Positions 36,287 to 46,375 of a stretch of DNA of 64,000 nucleotides are shown piece by piece (the first letter of the stretch is position 1; the number at the start of each line of letters is the position of its first letter). The notes beneath the pieces were generated by a model. The model had not been told where the DNA came from and did not search any database. It saw only the letters and a program-made list of their open reading frames with translations. The position numbers and the translations under genes are program-made. The stretch is from an uncultured Clostridia bacterium (GTDB lineage Bacteria; Bacillota; Clostridia; Oscillospirales; Ruminococcaceae), in the NCBI GenBank assembly GCA_944387885.1, contig CALXGR010000005.1:1149-65148 (forward strand), read 5' to 3'.

Positions 36287-37765
36287 TTACACCCGTTTCA
36301 GTTTTGCCTTCAGCTTTCGCAGAACCGGCAGAATCTGTTCCAGATAGAATTCATGTTTCATCAAAGCCAGCGCAGCAAAGTAAATCAATCCGCTGCCGGC
36401 AATGGCCAGTCCGGTCTTAAGGTAGAGATTTTCCACTACAGCCTTGCAAAGAGAACACCAGAGGAAGATCCCGGCGCCGCCCATAAGGGGTGCCTTCAAA
36501 AGCTGTCCCATCCTCTCAAACCGGATCTCCTTTTCGATTTTCCAGGTGGTGATCACCAGAATCACCAGGGTGGAAACGATGGTAGCCAGAGCTGCGCCCT
36601 CACTGCCGAATTCCGGAATAAGCAGATAGTTGGCAATTCCATTAAAGACAGAAGCCGCAATGCAGGCAATCATAAATTGCGCTTCCCGTCCTGAAGGCAG
36701 GAGGATCATGTTTCCATAAATACCTGTGGCAAATCCCATCACCATGGAAATGGTCAGAAGGAAAAGAGTGCTGGCTGCGGCTGCGTACTCCTTTCCGCCC
36801 GCAATTTCCAGAATTTCCCGAGGAATAGACATAAGTCCCACCGCACAGGGAATTCCCACCACAGCCGTGAACATGGCTGCGCCCCGAAGGAGCTGGTTTA
36901 CCTTGGCATAGTCTCTTCTGGCAAACTGCTCACTGAGGCCCGGCATGACCACCCAGGCAATGGAAGCCACCATCTGGCTGACAATGTTTTTGATTTTCAG
37001 GGCAGCTCCGTAAAGGCCTACCTGATAGTCTCCCTGGAGAAGCCCCAGCATAGTGGTGTCCAGACTGTTCAGAATGGTCTGGGAGAGCATCATGGCAAAA
37101 AGCAGGATGATGGGGGGCAAGTGCCGCCGCCAATTCATCTGAAAAGTAAAGCGGACCCGGCAGTATCTCCGGCGGTAAAAAATGTTTACCAGGTTGGCCC
37201 CGCTGGAAGAGATCACGCCGGTGATGGCGTAAATCATATAATGCTCCGGCCTCTTTACGCAGAGGAAGAGCATGGCCAGGGCCAGTATCTGGAACAGACA
37301 GGTCCGGATGGTAATATACCGGAAATCCTCCATGGCTGTGTTCAGCCAGTCCATTCCCAGAGTGGCGAACAGGATGGAGATACTTTGAATCCAAATCAGG
37401 GTCCGGTAGCTTTCCAGGGACTGAGAAACTGCCAGACAGACCGCCAGCGCCAGATAAGCTATGACGGTAGTGCACATATTGATGGAATGAATCTGGCTGG
37501 CCACTTTCCCCAGCTCATCCCGGTCATTCCGGACCCGGCTGCATTCCCGCACGGCATAGGCCGTAACTCCCAGGGTAGCCATCATGTTAAAGTAGCTGAT
37601 GATGGAGTTACCGAAGGTGACCCGTCCCAGGCTGGCAGCGCCCAGCACCCGGGAAGTATAGGGGAACACGATCAGCGGGTACAGAATACTGGACCCTGTC
37701 TTGATAAGATTAAAAACTGTATTTTTCTGAATGCTGTTCTTTCTGGCAGCAGGTTTATTTTCCAA
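36287..37765 (-). CDS. wzx: Wzx-type oligosaccharide flippase (MOP superfamily)
   Basis: 492 aa and about 14 TM helices. The N-terminus reads KNTVFNLIKTGSSILYPLIVFPYTSRVLGAASLGRVTFGNSIISYF. Confidence 0.8.
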   Translation of the reverse strand: MENKPAARKNSIQKNTVFNLIKTGSSILYPLIVFPYTSRVLGAASLGRVTFGNSIISYFNMMATLGVTAYAVRECSRVRNDRDELGKVASQIHSINMCTTVIAYLALAVCLAVSQSLESYRTLIWIQSISILFATLGMDWLNTAMEDFRYITIRTCLFQILALAMLFLCVKRPEHYMIYAITGVISSSGANLVNIFYRRRYCRVRFTFQMNWRRHLPPIILLFAMMLSQTILNSLDTTMLGLLQGDYQVGLYGAALKIKNIVSQMVASIAWVVMPGLSEQFARRDYAKVNQLLRGAAMFTAVVGIPCAVGLMSIPREILEIAGGKEYAAAASTLFLLTISMVMGFATGIYGNMILLPSGREAQFMIACIAASVFNGIANYLLIPEFGSEGAALATIVSTLVILVITTWKIEKEIRFERMGQLLKAPLMGGAGIFLWCSLCKAVVENLYLKTGLAIAGSGLIYFAALALMKHEFYLEQILPVLRKLKAKLKRV

Positions 37766-37789
37766 TGGATTTTATCCTCCCAGTTTCAC

Positions 37790-38581
37790 TCAGCCTGCCT
37801 GAATGGCATCGTACAACCGCTGCGCAATGGCAGTCATTCCCGCATCTCCGGGATGAATGGAAACCCCCTGATGTTCAATGGCATGCTGGGTGCCGTCCAG
37901 TCCCTCCACCATGGTGCCCATTCCGGCCTTGTATTCGGGGGTGTTCAGTCCGTCCAGGCTGACCCAAATCACAGACTCGCCGTCGCAGGCTGCCTGCTTG
38001 GCAGCATCGGTTGCCTCATCCGGCCAGAAATTGCCCACCACATAAATCTTTACATCCTGCAGGCTCTGGATGTATTCCACCAGATCTTCAAAATCAGTTT
38101 GAATGGTGGCATCCTCCGCAGGGACATTTTCTCCCAGCTGGATCACCACCAGGTCATACTCATTCTTCATTTCGCTGTTCAGCAGCTGAAGTCCCTCGTG
38201 GCGGTCATGACCCATGATTTCCCACTGAGACAGCTGCGAGAGGGAGAAAGACACATCGTACTCTTTGCTCAGCATATCTGCCAGCTGGTGAACGTAATCC
38301 ATCTCCCGGCTGGAGGCAGCCATCCCCCAGTCTCCCCACCAGTAGTCACAGGTGGCGTGCTGAGTGATGGAGTTTCCTACGTACAGCACCCGCAGTTCGC
38401 CCTTGCTCTCCCCTTCCCCGCTGTAGGGAACGGTTTCATCATACTGATGGGTGTAAGGCTCCTGCTCTACCGTGTACTGAACAACCGTCTGCCGGTGAGT
38501 ATAAAGGTATACGTTTCCTCCCAGGCTGACACAGAGCATCAGTGCCAGCACTGTAATGATCCAATTTTTTCCGTTCTTCAT
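37790..38581 (-). CDS. SGNH/GDSL-family hydrolase with an N-terminal membrane anchor
   Basis: 263 aa. Block I is LYVGNSIT, with later blocks VVIQLGEN and a C-terminal HPGD-type motif. Confidence 0.7.
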   Translation of the reverse strand: MKNGKNWIITVLALMLCVSLGGNVYLYTHRQTVVQYTVEQEPYTHQYDETVPYSGEGESKGELRVLYVGNSITQHATCDYWWGDWGMAASSREMDYVHQLADMLSKEYDVSFSLSQLSQWEIMGHDRHEGLQLLNSEMKNEYDLVVIQLGENVPAEDATIQTDFEDLVEYIQSLQDVKIYVVGNFWPDEATDAAKQAACDGESVIWVSLDGLNTPEYKAGMGTMVEGLDGTQHAIEHQGVSIHPGDAGMTAIAQRLYDAIQAG

Positions 38582-39199
38582 TTATTTATGCTCCTTTACA
38601 GGCAGCCAATCCAACGAGGTATCCTCATCCACCGGCTGATACAGCTGGTCCAGATGTTCCCGGACTGTTTCAGGGTCCAGTCGGGAGAAGTCCACCTGTT
38701 CCAGCTTTTTGCATGTCTCAGGGGAAAAGCGGTACCGGATGACCTTGGCCGGAACGCCTCCCACCACTGCATAGGGGGGCACATTCCGGGAAACCACTGC
38801 CCCGGCGGCTACCACGGCCCCCTGACCGATGGTCACCCCGGACAGGATGGTCGCCCCGGCTCCCAGCCAGACATCATCCTCCACCCGGATATCCCCCTTG
38901 GAAACTCCTTCCGTGGGGGCGGTGTGGGTACACCACACCTTGAAGGGAAAGGTGCTGATCCGGTCCAGGTGATGGTCTGCCGACAGGATGAACTTGACCC
39001 CCGGTCCGATGGAACAGCAATGCCCCACCCAGAGCCGGGCATCCCGGTTGAAGGTCAGCACCTCCAGCCCGCCATAGGTCATATTCCCCACCTTGACCAG
39101 GTCCTGGTCAAATTCATTGACTATGACCGTATTGTTATGGGGATTTTTCTCCCGCCAGGCTTTCCGAAGCCGGCGAAACCGCAATTTCTCTTTCAGCAT
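38582..39199 (-). CDS. hexapeptide-repeat (left-handed beta-helix) acetyltransferase, Vat/CatB-like
   Basis: 205 aa. [23 protein letters not shown]...[53 protein letters not shown]. Confidence 0.85.
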   Translation of the reverse strand: MLKEKLRFRRLRKAWREKNPHNNTVIVNEFDQDLVKVGNMTYGGLEVLTFNRDARLWVGHCCSIGPGVKFILSADHHLDRISTFPFKVWCTHTAPTEGVSKGDIRVEDDVWLGAGATILSGVTIGQGAVVAAGAVVSRNVPPYAVVGGVPAKVIRYRFSPETCKKLEQVDFSRLDPETVREHLDQLYQPVDEDTSLDWLPVKEHK

Positions 39200-39202
39200 A
39201 AT

Positions 39203-40333
39203 TTATCCTTTCAGGCCGTCCCGGACTGCCTCCAGGCAGCTGTACCCATACTTTTCGTCGGGTTCCAGGTAGCAGCCCTCGCCCCATTCATTCCAGGCGT
39301 TGATAAAAATAACATTGGCCTGGGAAGAACTGCGGACCTTCTTGACCAGCCGGGCAAAATATTCCCGGAATTTTTCAGGAGCCCAGTTCCGGTAGGCAAG
39401 GCCCGCCTTGTTCCGGGGGGTGTTGTCCCAGTTCACAAATGCACCCCAGAGGAATTTATCCGAGGGGAATTTCCGGCTCAGAATGGTCTTCCAGGTCTTG
39501 TCATAGTCGGGCAGTTCTAGGGTCTTTTCCTGGTGGCGGGCCTCCACCACCTTCTGGGACAATCCCTTTCCCAGAAGTTTCTTTACCAGATTTTTGGTTC
39601 TCATCCAGGGGTCGTTGGGGTCCATCCAGGTATAGGCCGGTTCAAAGGCAATATAATGGTCGCAGAAATCAGGATTGTATTCCGGAGTGTAAAGGTAAGA
39701 CGGATGCTGGAACATGATTTCCAGGCCGCCGAATCCTTCTTCCTCTCCCCGGCGGCGGAAGAAGTTCAGCATCTCTTCCAGTCGTGGAATGATTTCGGGG
39801 CGGTAGATCACCAGCACAGGCCGGCCGTCCCAGGTAATATACCGGGGGTCCCGGAAAAACCGGGCCAGGTACTGGAAATGCTTTTCCCAGTCCTCCTCTT
39901 CCCCGTAGTCCTGCTCCATAATGATTTCCTTGTTTCCTCCGTCCCACCTTCTGGCCCAGTTCTCATTGGCCCAACAGAAGCAGAAGGGAGTTTCCGCACC
40001 GGGTTCTTCCAGCATCATCTCTGCCGGTTTTTCCAGCAGCTTTTTCCCGTCCTTGAACCAGTAGTGGTAGTAACAGAATCCCCATACGCCGTACTTTTTG
40101 GCCAGGTCGGACTGCCACTGGCGGACCTGGGGATCCAGAAGGCAGTAGTAATTCTCATTGAGGGGGGTCTTGGGCTGGTAGTGCCCCTCAAAAAGGGGAA
40201 CTGCCTTTTTGGTATTGGTCCACTCTGTAAAGCCTTTGCCCCAGCTTTTATCATTTTCAGGGATGGCATGGTATTGAGGCAGGTAGAAGGCAACCACCTT
40301 TACCTGGTCCTTGTTCTGATTCAGCTCTGCCAT
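39203..40333 (-). CDS. WbsX-family glycosyl transferase/hydrolase-like polysaccharide biosynthesis protein
   Basis: 376 aa. VVAFYLPQYHAIPENDKSWGKGFTEWTNTKKA...FCYYHYWF is the hallmark N-terminus of the WbsX (PF14307-type) family. Confidence 0.75.
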   Translation of the reverse strand: MAELNQNKDQVKVVAFYLPQYHAIPENDKSWGKGFTEWTNTKKAVPLFEGHYQPKTPLNENYYCLLDPQVRQWQSDLAKKYGVWGFCYYHYWFKDGKKLLEKPAEMMLEEPGAETPFCFCWANENWARRWDGGNKEIIMEQDYGEEEDWEKHFQYLARFFRDPRYITWDGRPVLVIYRPEIIPRLEEMLNFFRRRGEEEGFGGLEIMFQHPSYLYTPEYNPDFCDHYIAFEPAYTWMDPNDPWMRTKNLVKKLLGKGLSQKVVEARHQEKTLELPDYDKTWKTILSRKFPSDKFLWGAFVNWDNTPRNKAGLAYRNWAPEKFREYFARLVKKVRSSSQANVIFINAWNEWGEGCYLEPDEKYGYSCLEAVRDGLKG

Positions 40334-40351
40334 AGTCGTCCTCTTTCCTGT

Positions 40352-41224
40352 TTAATAGCCTTTCCAGCTTTTCACCAGCTTGACCAGAATAATCATAATC
40401 GAAAGGTCAGGGTTCTTCAAAGCCAGAAGCAGCTTTTTTCCCCGGCTGGCCTTGTACCGGGCCGACTTGATTTTTCTGCGCCGTACAAAGGTCCTCATCT
40501 GGGCCGGAGTAATGGAGGTATATTCCCGCAGGGTATCGCAGCCTTCCAGGGCGGAATTTGCCATCTGCCTGAAATCATAGGAGGTATTGTGGCCGGTGTC
40601 CATGTGCCAGTAAACCACCTTGGGGTTGATGGCAAACCGCCGGCCTTCCAGCAGCATCATGACCCAGAGCAGCTCATCATCTGCACCGTTTATCTTCAAA
40701 GGCCGTTCCAGCCAGCCTTTTGGGAAGGCTTCCTTCCGGATAATGCACTGTCCCGGAGACATCACCGTGTCCCCGTAGGCCAGCAGCAACGGCAGCCGGT
40801 TGATCCAGCTCTGATACAGCCGGTTCCGGTAGATAATCTCCTGCCGGTCCGGGTATTTCATATAGCCGTTTCCCAGCACTGCATCTGCCTCTCCCAGTGT
40901 CTCCATATTGGAAAGTATCCCGTCCGGTTCCAGCAGGTCATCCTGGTCCAGCATGAGAATATATTCTCCCCGGGCCACTTCCAACCCGTGGATGCGGGAG
41001 GCATGGATGCCGCTGTTCTGGGCATTCTCCAAGGTGGTCAGCTGAAAGTCCCACTGGCCCTGAGGTATCTTCATCTCCACCCCGGGGCTGTCATTGACCA
41101 GCACCAGTTCCACCTGAATATCATGGGGCTGGCAGGTCAGGGCATTTTCCTGAATGGAACGGAACAGTCCCCGCATATGTTCGTTTCCCTTATAAAAAGG
41201 GGTAATCACCGATACTGTTTTCAT
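40352..41224 (-). CDS. family 2 glycosyltransferase
   Basis: Start moved to the ATG at 41224 (MKTVSVITPFYKGNEH...) so that it does not overlap the upstream gene. The DXD region is MLDQDDLL. Confidence 0.8.
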   Translation of the reverse strand: MKTVSVITPFYKGNEHMRGLFRSIQENALTCQPHDIQVELVLVNDSPGVEMKIPQGQWDFQLTTLENAQNSGIHASRIHGLEVARGEYILMLDQDDLLEPDGILSNMETLGEADAVLGNGYMKYPDRQEIIYRNRLYQSWINRLPLLLAYGDTVMSPGQCIIRKEAFPKGWLERPLKINGADDELLWVMMLLEGRRFAINPKVVYWHMDTGHNTSYDFRQMANSALEGCDTLREYTSITPAQMRTFVRRRKIKSARYKASRGKKLLLALKNPDLSIMIILVKLVKSWKGY

Positions 41225-41237
41225 AATGCTTCTCTTT

Positions 41238-42200
41238 TCAACCGCAGACCCGGGCATAGATTTTTCCAAAAGTGCCGCACCCCAGCAGGGTCAGAAGGGC
41301 TGCGATTCGATTCTTCACTCTGGTCCTGGGATTTTTGGCCACCTGCCACCGGTCCCGGCAGATCTGGTCCCAGAGGGCTTTCCGCTCTGCCTGGTATCCT
41401 TCCACTCCGGCCATCCGTCCAATCACCTGACAATAGGCGCTGAACCGGCGGCTCACCGCTGCCGGGAGGATTTGGGGATACCGCTCCTCCACAAAGGCAT
41501 ACAGTTCATCTGCGCTGGTCTTGTGGTCAAAGGCCCGGGGAGAAAAACTGCACCGCATGGTGCTTTTCTTGGTCTGGATATAACAGTAGAGCACACTGGG
41601 CCCGTATACCACTTTTTCCGCCCGGGCCAGCAGTTTATAGATGGTCCCCAGGTCCTCATAAATCCGTCCTGTGGGGAAAGGGGTCTCCTGAAGCCACCGG
41701 GTGGGATAAAGTTTGCAGCAGGGGGAGGTGGTAAAACTCCGCTGATAGAGCATGGTTTCCAAAGCCTGGGATGCAGTCATTACCTGGACTTCCCGGCTTT
41801 CCACCGGATGCCACTCCTGCCCCGGCTCACATTCCGAGAGGGTGCAGATCCCTATCTGGGCGCCGGTCTCTTCCATCAGTCCCGCCATATAGGAGATATA
41901 ATTGGGGGCCACATAGTCATCACTGTCAATGAATGCGGTGTACTCTCCCCGGGCCGCCGCCACCCCATGGTTCCGGGCAGCAGCCTGCCCCTGATTTTCC
42001 TGGTGCAACACCCGCACCCGGGAATCCCGGGCAGCATATTCATCGCAGAGAGCGCCGCTCCCGTCGGAGGAGCCATCGTCCACCAGAAGAATCTCCAGGC
42101 TGGGATAATCCTGGGCCAGAAGGCTGTTCAGGCTGGGAGCCAGATACTCTCCCACATTGTAAACCGGCACCACTACCGAAATCAAAGGCTTTTCCTTCAT
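41238..42200 (-). CDS. family 2 glycosyltransferase
   Basis: 320 aa. ISVVVPVYNVGEYL...LLVDDGSSDGS...ARNHGV...FIDSDD. Confidence 0.9.
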   Translation of the reverse strand: MKEKPLISVVVPVYNVGEYLAPSLNSLLAQDYPSLEILLVDDGSSDGSGALCDEYAARDSRVRVLHQENQGQAAARNHGVAAARGEYTAFIDSDDYVAPNYISYMAGLMEETGAQIGICTLSECEPGQEWHPVESREVQVMTASQALETMLYQRSFTTSPCCKLYPTRWLQETPFPTGRIYEDLGTIYKLLARAEKVVYGPSVLYCYIQTKKSTMRCSFSPRAFDHKTSADELYAFVEERYPQILPAAVSRRFSAYCQVIGRMAGVEGYQAERKALWDQICRDRWQVAKNPRTRVKNRIAALLTLLGCGTFGKIYARVCG

Positions 42201-42206
42201 AGGGTC

Positions 42207-43319
42207 TCAACCTTTCCTTACTTCTTGATACCACCGGGCCAGCTCTGCTGCCGCCGGGCGGATGGAAAGCCGGGGCGGCAAAGGTTTTCCCGGAGCCCTG
42301 GGCAGGGCCAGATGTTTTTCTGCCTGGTCCGCCCAGTCTTTCAGGGCCTTTTCCCCTTCCACTTTCAGCTGGCAGCCGTTGGTCTCATCCAGCACCTCGG
42401 GGGATACCTGCTCCGAGCAGATGCAGGGCAGTCCCGCAGCCCGGGCTTCCAGCGCCGCCAGACCGAATCCTTCATAAAAGCTGGGCAGACAGAACAGGTC
42501 CATGGCCCAGTAATAGGGAGCCACATTTTTCTGGACCCCGGCAAAAATCACCTGATTTTCCAGGTCCAGGGCTGCGGCTTCCTGACGGATTTTTTCTTCC
42601 AGTTCTCCTTCCCCCACCAAAAGCAGGGCGACCTGATGGCCCCGCTTTTTCAAAAGGGCGGTCAGATGAAGAAGAAAGTCATGGTTTTTGGTATATGTGA
42701 GCCGTCCCACATTTCCCAGCACCCAGGTTTCGGGGGCAATTCCCAGCTTCTGACGAAGCGCTTCCCTCTCCCGGGGCTGATACTGATAGGTTTCCTCCAA
42801 AATGGCGTTGGGAAGGATTTTCACCCGGCCTGCCTCCATATCCCGGCGGCCGAACATCCATTTTCCTGCCTGATTGCTGCAGGCAAAATAATGGGTGGCA
42901 AACCATTTGTTGAAGGGGCGGAGGATATATTTCAGAAGGGTCTTTTTCCCTTCCCCCCAGTGGGCGGTGGCGTGGTTATGACAAATCCGCACCGGCACAC
43001 CGGCCCGCCATGCGGCAAAAAGGGGGAACACCGACATGGTATTCAGGTGTGCATGGACCACGTCATACCCTTCCTCCCGGAAAGCCCTGGTCAGGACCCG
43101 CTGATACTCCCCCACATGGGTATAGGGAGGAATCAACCGGACCGGAATATTCAATTTTTCCAGTTCTTCTTTCTGGGGGAAGCTGCTGTCCCGGCAGGCA
43201 TACAGATCAAACTGTACCTGCCCGGAGGGCATATGCCGGCAATAGTTCATGACTACCGCTTCTATTCCGCCGCTGTCCATGCGGTTAAGCACCAGAGCGA
43301 CCCGGACCGGATTCGTCAT
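42207..43319 (-). CDS. family 4 (GT-B) glycosyltransferase
   Basis: Start moved to the ATG at 43319 (GGAGGAACAGGAG upstream). N-terminus VALVLNRMDSGGIE and C-terminal EGFGLAALEARAAGLP (EX7E motif). Confidence 0.88.
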   Translation of the reverse strand: MTNPVRVALVLNRMDSGGIEAVVMNYCRHMPSGQVQFDLYACRDSSFPQKEELEKLNIPVRLIPPYTHVGEYQRVLTRAFREEGYDVVHAHLNTMSVFPLFAAWRAGVPVRICHNHATAHWGEGKKTLLKYILRPFNKWFATHYFACSNQAGKWMFGRRDMEAGRVKILPNAILEETYQYQPREREALRQKLGIAPETWVLGNVGRLTYTKNHDFLLHLTALLKKRGHQVALLLVGEGELEEKIRQEAAALDLENQVIFAGVQKNVAPYYWAMDLFCLPSFYEGFGLAALEARAAGLPCICSEQVSPEVLDETNGCQLKVEGEKALKDWADQAEKHLALPRAPGKPLPPRLSIRPAAAELARWYQEVRKG

Positions 43320-43445
43320 CTCCTGTTCCTCCAAATGGTCATAATTACACACCATCCAGTATACCGCACAAGGCCTTCTTTTTCAATACTGGCAGAAAAA
43401 AGGCCGCCGCCTTTAACCAAGGCAGCGGCCTTATAATACATTTTA

Positions 43446-44828
43446 TCAAACCTTTTCGCTGTTGATCATTCCTCCGAAGGCAGTTTTCCAGAGGATTTTC
43501 AGTTCCAGGCCTAGACTCCAGTTTTCAATATACCAGATATCGTACTTTACCCGTTCCTCAATGCTGGTGTCTCCCCGCAGCCCGTTCACCTGGGCCCATC
43601 CGGTAATTCCCGGGCGAACCTGCTGACGGACCAGGTAAAGAGGAATTTCCTCCTTAAAATGGTTCACATGGAAAGGCACTTCCGGTCGGGGACCGATAAG
43701 GCTCATTTCCCCTTTCAGCACATTGAAAAACTGGGGCAGTTCGTCCAGGCTGCATTTCCGGATAAAGCTCCCGAACTTGGTCTTCCGGGGGTCCCGGTCG
43801 GTGCTCCAGCCGGTGTCCTCGGTACCGGTGATCCGCATGCTCCGGAACTTCATCATCTTGAAAACCTTCTTGTTCCGGCCTACCCGTTCCTGACAGAACA
43901 GGATGGGACCCGGGCTGCTCAGCTTTACCCCGATGGCTACGGCAAGCATAATGGGGCTGGTGAGGATGATCAGCACCAGGGACCCTACAATGTCCATGGT
44001 CCGCTTGAGAAGCGCATTCCCTGCCCGGTCCAGAGGGGTAGCCCGCATATTGATGACCCGGCTGTTTCCCACCGCCTCAATGGTGGGGTGCGGGGGAATA
44101 TAGTCATTATAAAAAGGTACAATGCTCAGCCGGATTCCTTCCTTGTCCGCAGCGGCAATGGTGGGCTGCATAAACCGGATCTCCTCCGGCTCCAGGGCCA
44201 CGATCAATTCGTCCACCTGATTTTCTGCCAGGATCTGTTCCAGCTTTTCATACTCACCCAGGCTTTTGCCCATCTGGGGGCGGCTGCTCCGGCCCACATA
44301 GCCGTCCACCACCACGCCGTAGTGGGGGTTTTCCCGGATGTCATCCACATACTGCTGGGCAAGGTGTCCGCAGCCTACCACCACCACATGGCGCTGGTTG
44401 TAGCCCTTGGCTCTGAACCGGTGGAGCATTCCTTTGACGATCCATCTTTTGGCCCCCACCAGCACGGTGGAAATAAGCCAGAAGAGGAATACGGCCATAC
44501 GGGAGATCTGCTCCATCCTGAAAATGTACAGGAAGGACATGAGGATGAGGGCGCCCACCCCGTTGATGACGGCCACCCGGACCAGTTCCTTTTCTATATG
44601 GTTGAACCGGAAGGACTCATAGAGCTGGCAAAGGTAAAAGGCCACCACCAGGGCCAGGCTGTAAACCCCGGCAGCCAATACGGCCTGAAGAGTCCAAAGG
44701 TTAAATTCCGTCATTATTCCGTCCAGCCAGACAAACCGGACCTGGAGTGCCAGAAAATAAGAGGCAAAGACGAGTATTCCATCTGAAAGGACCTGGAACA
44801 GGGTCAACCCCTTTTGATTATTTTGCAT
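43446..44828 (-). CDS. polyprenyl-phosphate glycosyl-1-phosphate transferase (WbaP/WcaJ-like priming enzyme)
   Basis: 460 aa with N-terminal TM helices, a central Rossmann-like domain, and the C-terminal bacterial sugar transferase motifs KRTMDIVGSL...KFRSM...DELPQFFNVLKGEMSLIGPRPE. Confidence 0.9.
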   Translation of the reverse strand: MQNNQKGLTLFQVLSDGILVFASYFLALQVRFVWLDGIMTEFNLWTLQAVLAAGVYSLALVVAFYLCQLYESFRFNHIEKELVRVAVINGVGALILMSFLYIFRMEQISRMAVFLFWLISTVLVGAKRWIVKGMLHRFRAKGYNQRHVVVVGCGHLAQQYVDDIRENPHYGVVVDGYVGRSSRPQMGKSLGEYEKLEQILAENQVDELIVALEPEEIRFMQPTIAAADKEGIRLSIVPFYNDYIPPHPTIEAVGNSRVINMRATPLDRAGNALLKRTMDIVGSLVLIILTSPIMLAVAIGVKLSSPGPILFCQERVGRNKKVFKMMKFRSMRITGTEDTGWSTDRDPRKTKFGSFIRKCSLDELPQFFNVLKGEMSLIGPRPEVPFHVNHFKEEIPLYLVRQQVRPGITGWAQVNGLRGDTSIEERVKYDIWYIENWSLGLELKILWKTAFGGMINSEKV

Positions 44829-44899
44829 CCTTGATGTTCTCCTTCATGGGCTTTATCTTGGTTCACCGGTCTGACCGGGCGGCTTTCCATTCTCTGGTT

Positions 44900-44928
44900 A
44901 TTATACCTTCCTCCCGGTTGAAATACAA
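44900..44928 (-). promoter_or_regulatory. sigma-A-like promoter of the polysaccharide operon (TTGTAT-17-TATAAT)
   Basis: -35 at 44928-44923 and -10 at 44905-44900 on the minus strand. Confidence 0.5.
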
Positions 44929-44948
44929 GTGCAGCCCCGGCTGGCTCC

Positions 44949-44977
44949 TTGATTATTTCCGTTTCTCCCTGTATACT
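44949..44977 (+). promoter_or_regulatory. sigma-A-like promoter of the divergent Wzy-like gene (TTGATT-17-TATACT)
   Basis: TTGATT at 44949-44954 and TATACT at 44972-44977. Confidence 0.5.
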
Positions 44978-45007
44978 GAAAAGGAATTCAAGTAAGGGAG
45001 TATGACC

Positions 45008-46291
45008 ATGTATTTCACCTACTGCAACCTGCTGCTGGCAGGGCTTGGGCTGGCTACCGCCCTGTTCCTGATCACAGCCTTTTTCCGCAAAACCGGTTTG
45101 AAGGAGTTGGCTTCCTATTCATCTCCCCAGCAGATGCTCTGGGTAGACCAAGGAGCCCCGCTGCGCCGGAAATGCGGAATATTTCTCTACGCTTTGGCTC
45201 TGGTAGCTCTGCTGGCAGAAGTCACCTTTTTCAACACACAGTTCCGGCTGGTTTTCCCTGAATTTTCCGACTGGGCCAACATCCAGCTGGACCGTATCAT
45301 TTTCTGGGCCCTCATTCTCAAAACCCTTTTCTTTACCAGATACAATTTTGCCCAGCTTTTGGTCACTGATATGGTTTACTTTGCCCTGCGCTGGGTCTTT
45401 TTCAACAATCACAACCCCTGGCTGGTCTTTGCCATCTTCTTTGTCATTGCCGCCAAGGACCTGAAAATGGAAGAAATTTGTCTTCCCTACGCCCTGGCCA
45501 GCGCCCTGGGCACCGGAGTCACCATTCTTTTCTCCCTTTTTGGGGTCTGGGGGTACACGGTTCTCCAGGAACACTACAACATTACCGTCCGCCGCTGGTT
45601 TGGTTTTACCTTTCACAACACTTTAGGCGGAGTGCTGTTCGGTCTTTGCTCTGCCTGGCTTCTCTACCGGCAGGCCAAAGCCCGATGGACTGACTGGCTG
45701 GCCGTCTTTGCTGTAGGCTGCTTTACCATGTTCGGGGTGGCCAGCCGTACCGCCGGGCTCTGCATTTTCTTTTTGGTGATTGCCTCCCTCTGCGGCCGGT
45801 ATCTGGAGTTTCTCCTGAAAATGAAGCCCATCCAGGTGCTTCTTTCGGTGATTCCCCTTATCTTTGCGGCGGCCAACTTTCTGCTTCCCCGGCTTTACAG
45901 CTATACCGGGGACAACGCCCTGCTTCTGGCTCTGCCGGACAAGCTGAACAGCCTTCTCAACGGCCGCCTGTACTATGGATGGATGGCGCTCCAGAACTAC
46001 ACCACCAGCATTGCAGGGCAGCCCACCTATGGGGACTATCCGGTGGACAGCGCCTATCTCAGTTCCTGGTTCTTCTATGGTCCGGTCCTCTTTGCTCTTA
46101 TCTGGGTGGGCGCCTGCCTGGTCATCTGGCAGCTTCTTAAGCGGCAGCGGTACGCTTCCACCATGGTATTTCTGGTGGCTTGTGTCTACGCCTGGTTCGA
46201 GATTCAGTTCTTCCATGTCAGTTCCAGCCCGGCCATTCTTCTCTACACTGCCGCCCTCTATCCGGACCAGTACAATTTATCCGAAACATAA
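45008..46291 (+). CDS. polytopic membrane protein, probable Wzy-type polymerase / O-antigen-ligase-like
   Basis: About 427 aa and about 11-12 TM helices. It sits divergently next to the priming transferase in a locus that has Wzx but no other polymerase candidate. I prefer the ATG at 45008 (GGGAG 7 nt upstream). Confidence 0.6.
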   Translation: MYFTYCNLLLAGLGLATALFLITAFFRKTGLKELASYSSPQQMLWVDQGAPLRRKCGIFLYALALVALLAEVTFFNTQFRLVFPEFSDWANIQLDRIIFWALILKTLFFTRYNFAQLLVTDMVYFALRWVFFNNHNPWLVFAIFFVIAAKDLKMEEICLPYALASALGTGVTILFSLFGVWGYTVLQEHYNITVRRWFGFTFHNTLGGVLFGLCSAWLLYRQAKARWTDWLAVFAVGCFTMFGVASRTAGLCIFFLVIASLCGRYLEFLLKMKPIQVLLSVIPLIFAAANFLLPRLYSYTGDNALLLALPDKLNSLLNGRLYYGWMALQNYTTSIAGQPTYGDYPVDSAYLSSWFFYGPVLFALIWVGACLVIWQLLKRQRYASTMVFLVACVYAWFEIQFFHVSSSPAILLYTAALYPDQYNLSET

Positions 46292-46296
46292 ACTTA

Positions 46297-46330
46297 AAGC
46301 GGAAGCCCGGTTGCTTCCGCTTTTCTTTTT
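46297..46330 (+). terminator. intrinsic terminator after the Wzy-like gene
   Basis: AAGCGGAAGC-ccggtt-GCTTCCGCTT is followed by TTCTTTTT. Confidence 0.85.
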
Positions 46331-46375
46331 CCTGTGTTATAGTAGAGTCAAATCATCTTGAAAGGAGGAGTACCC

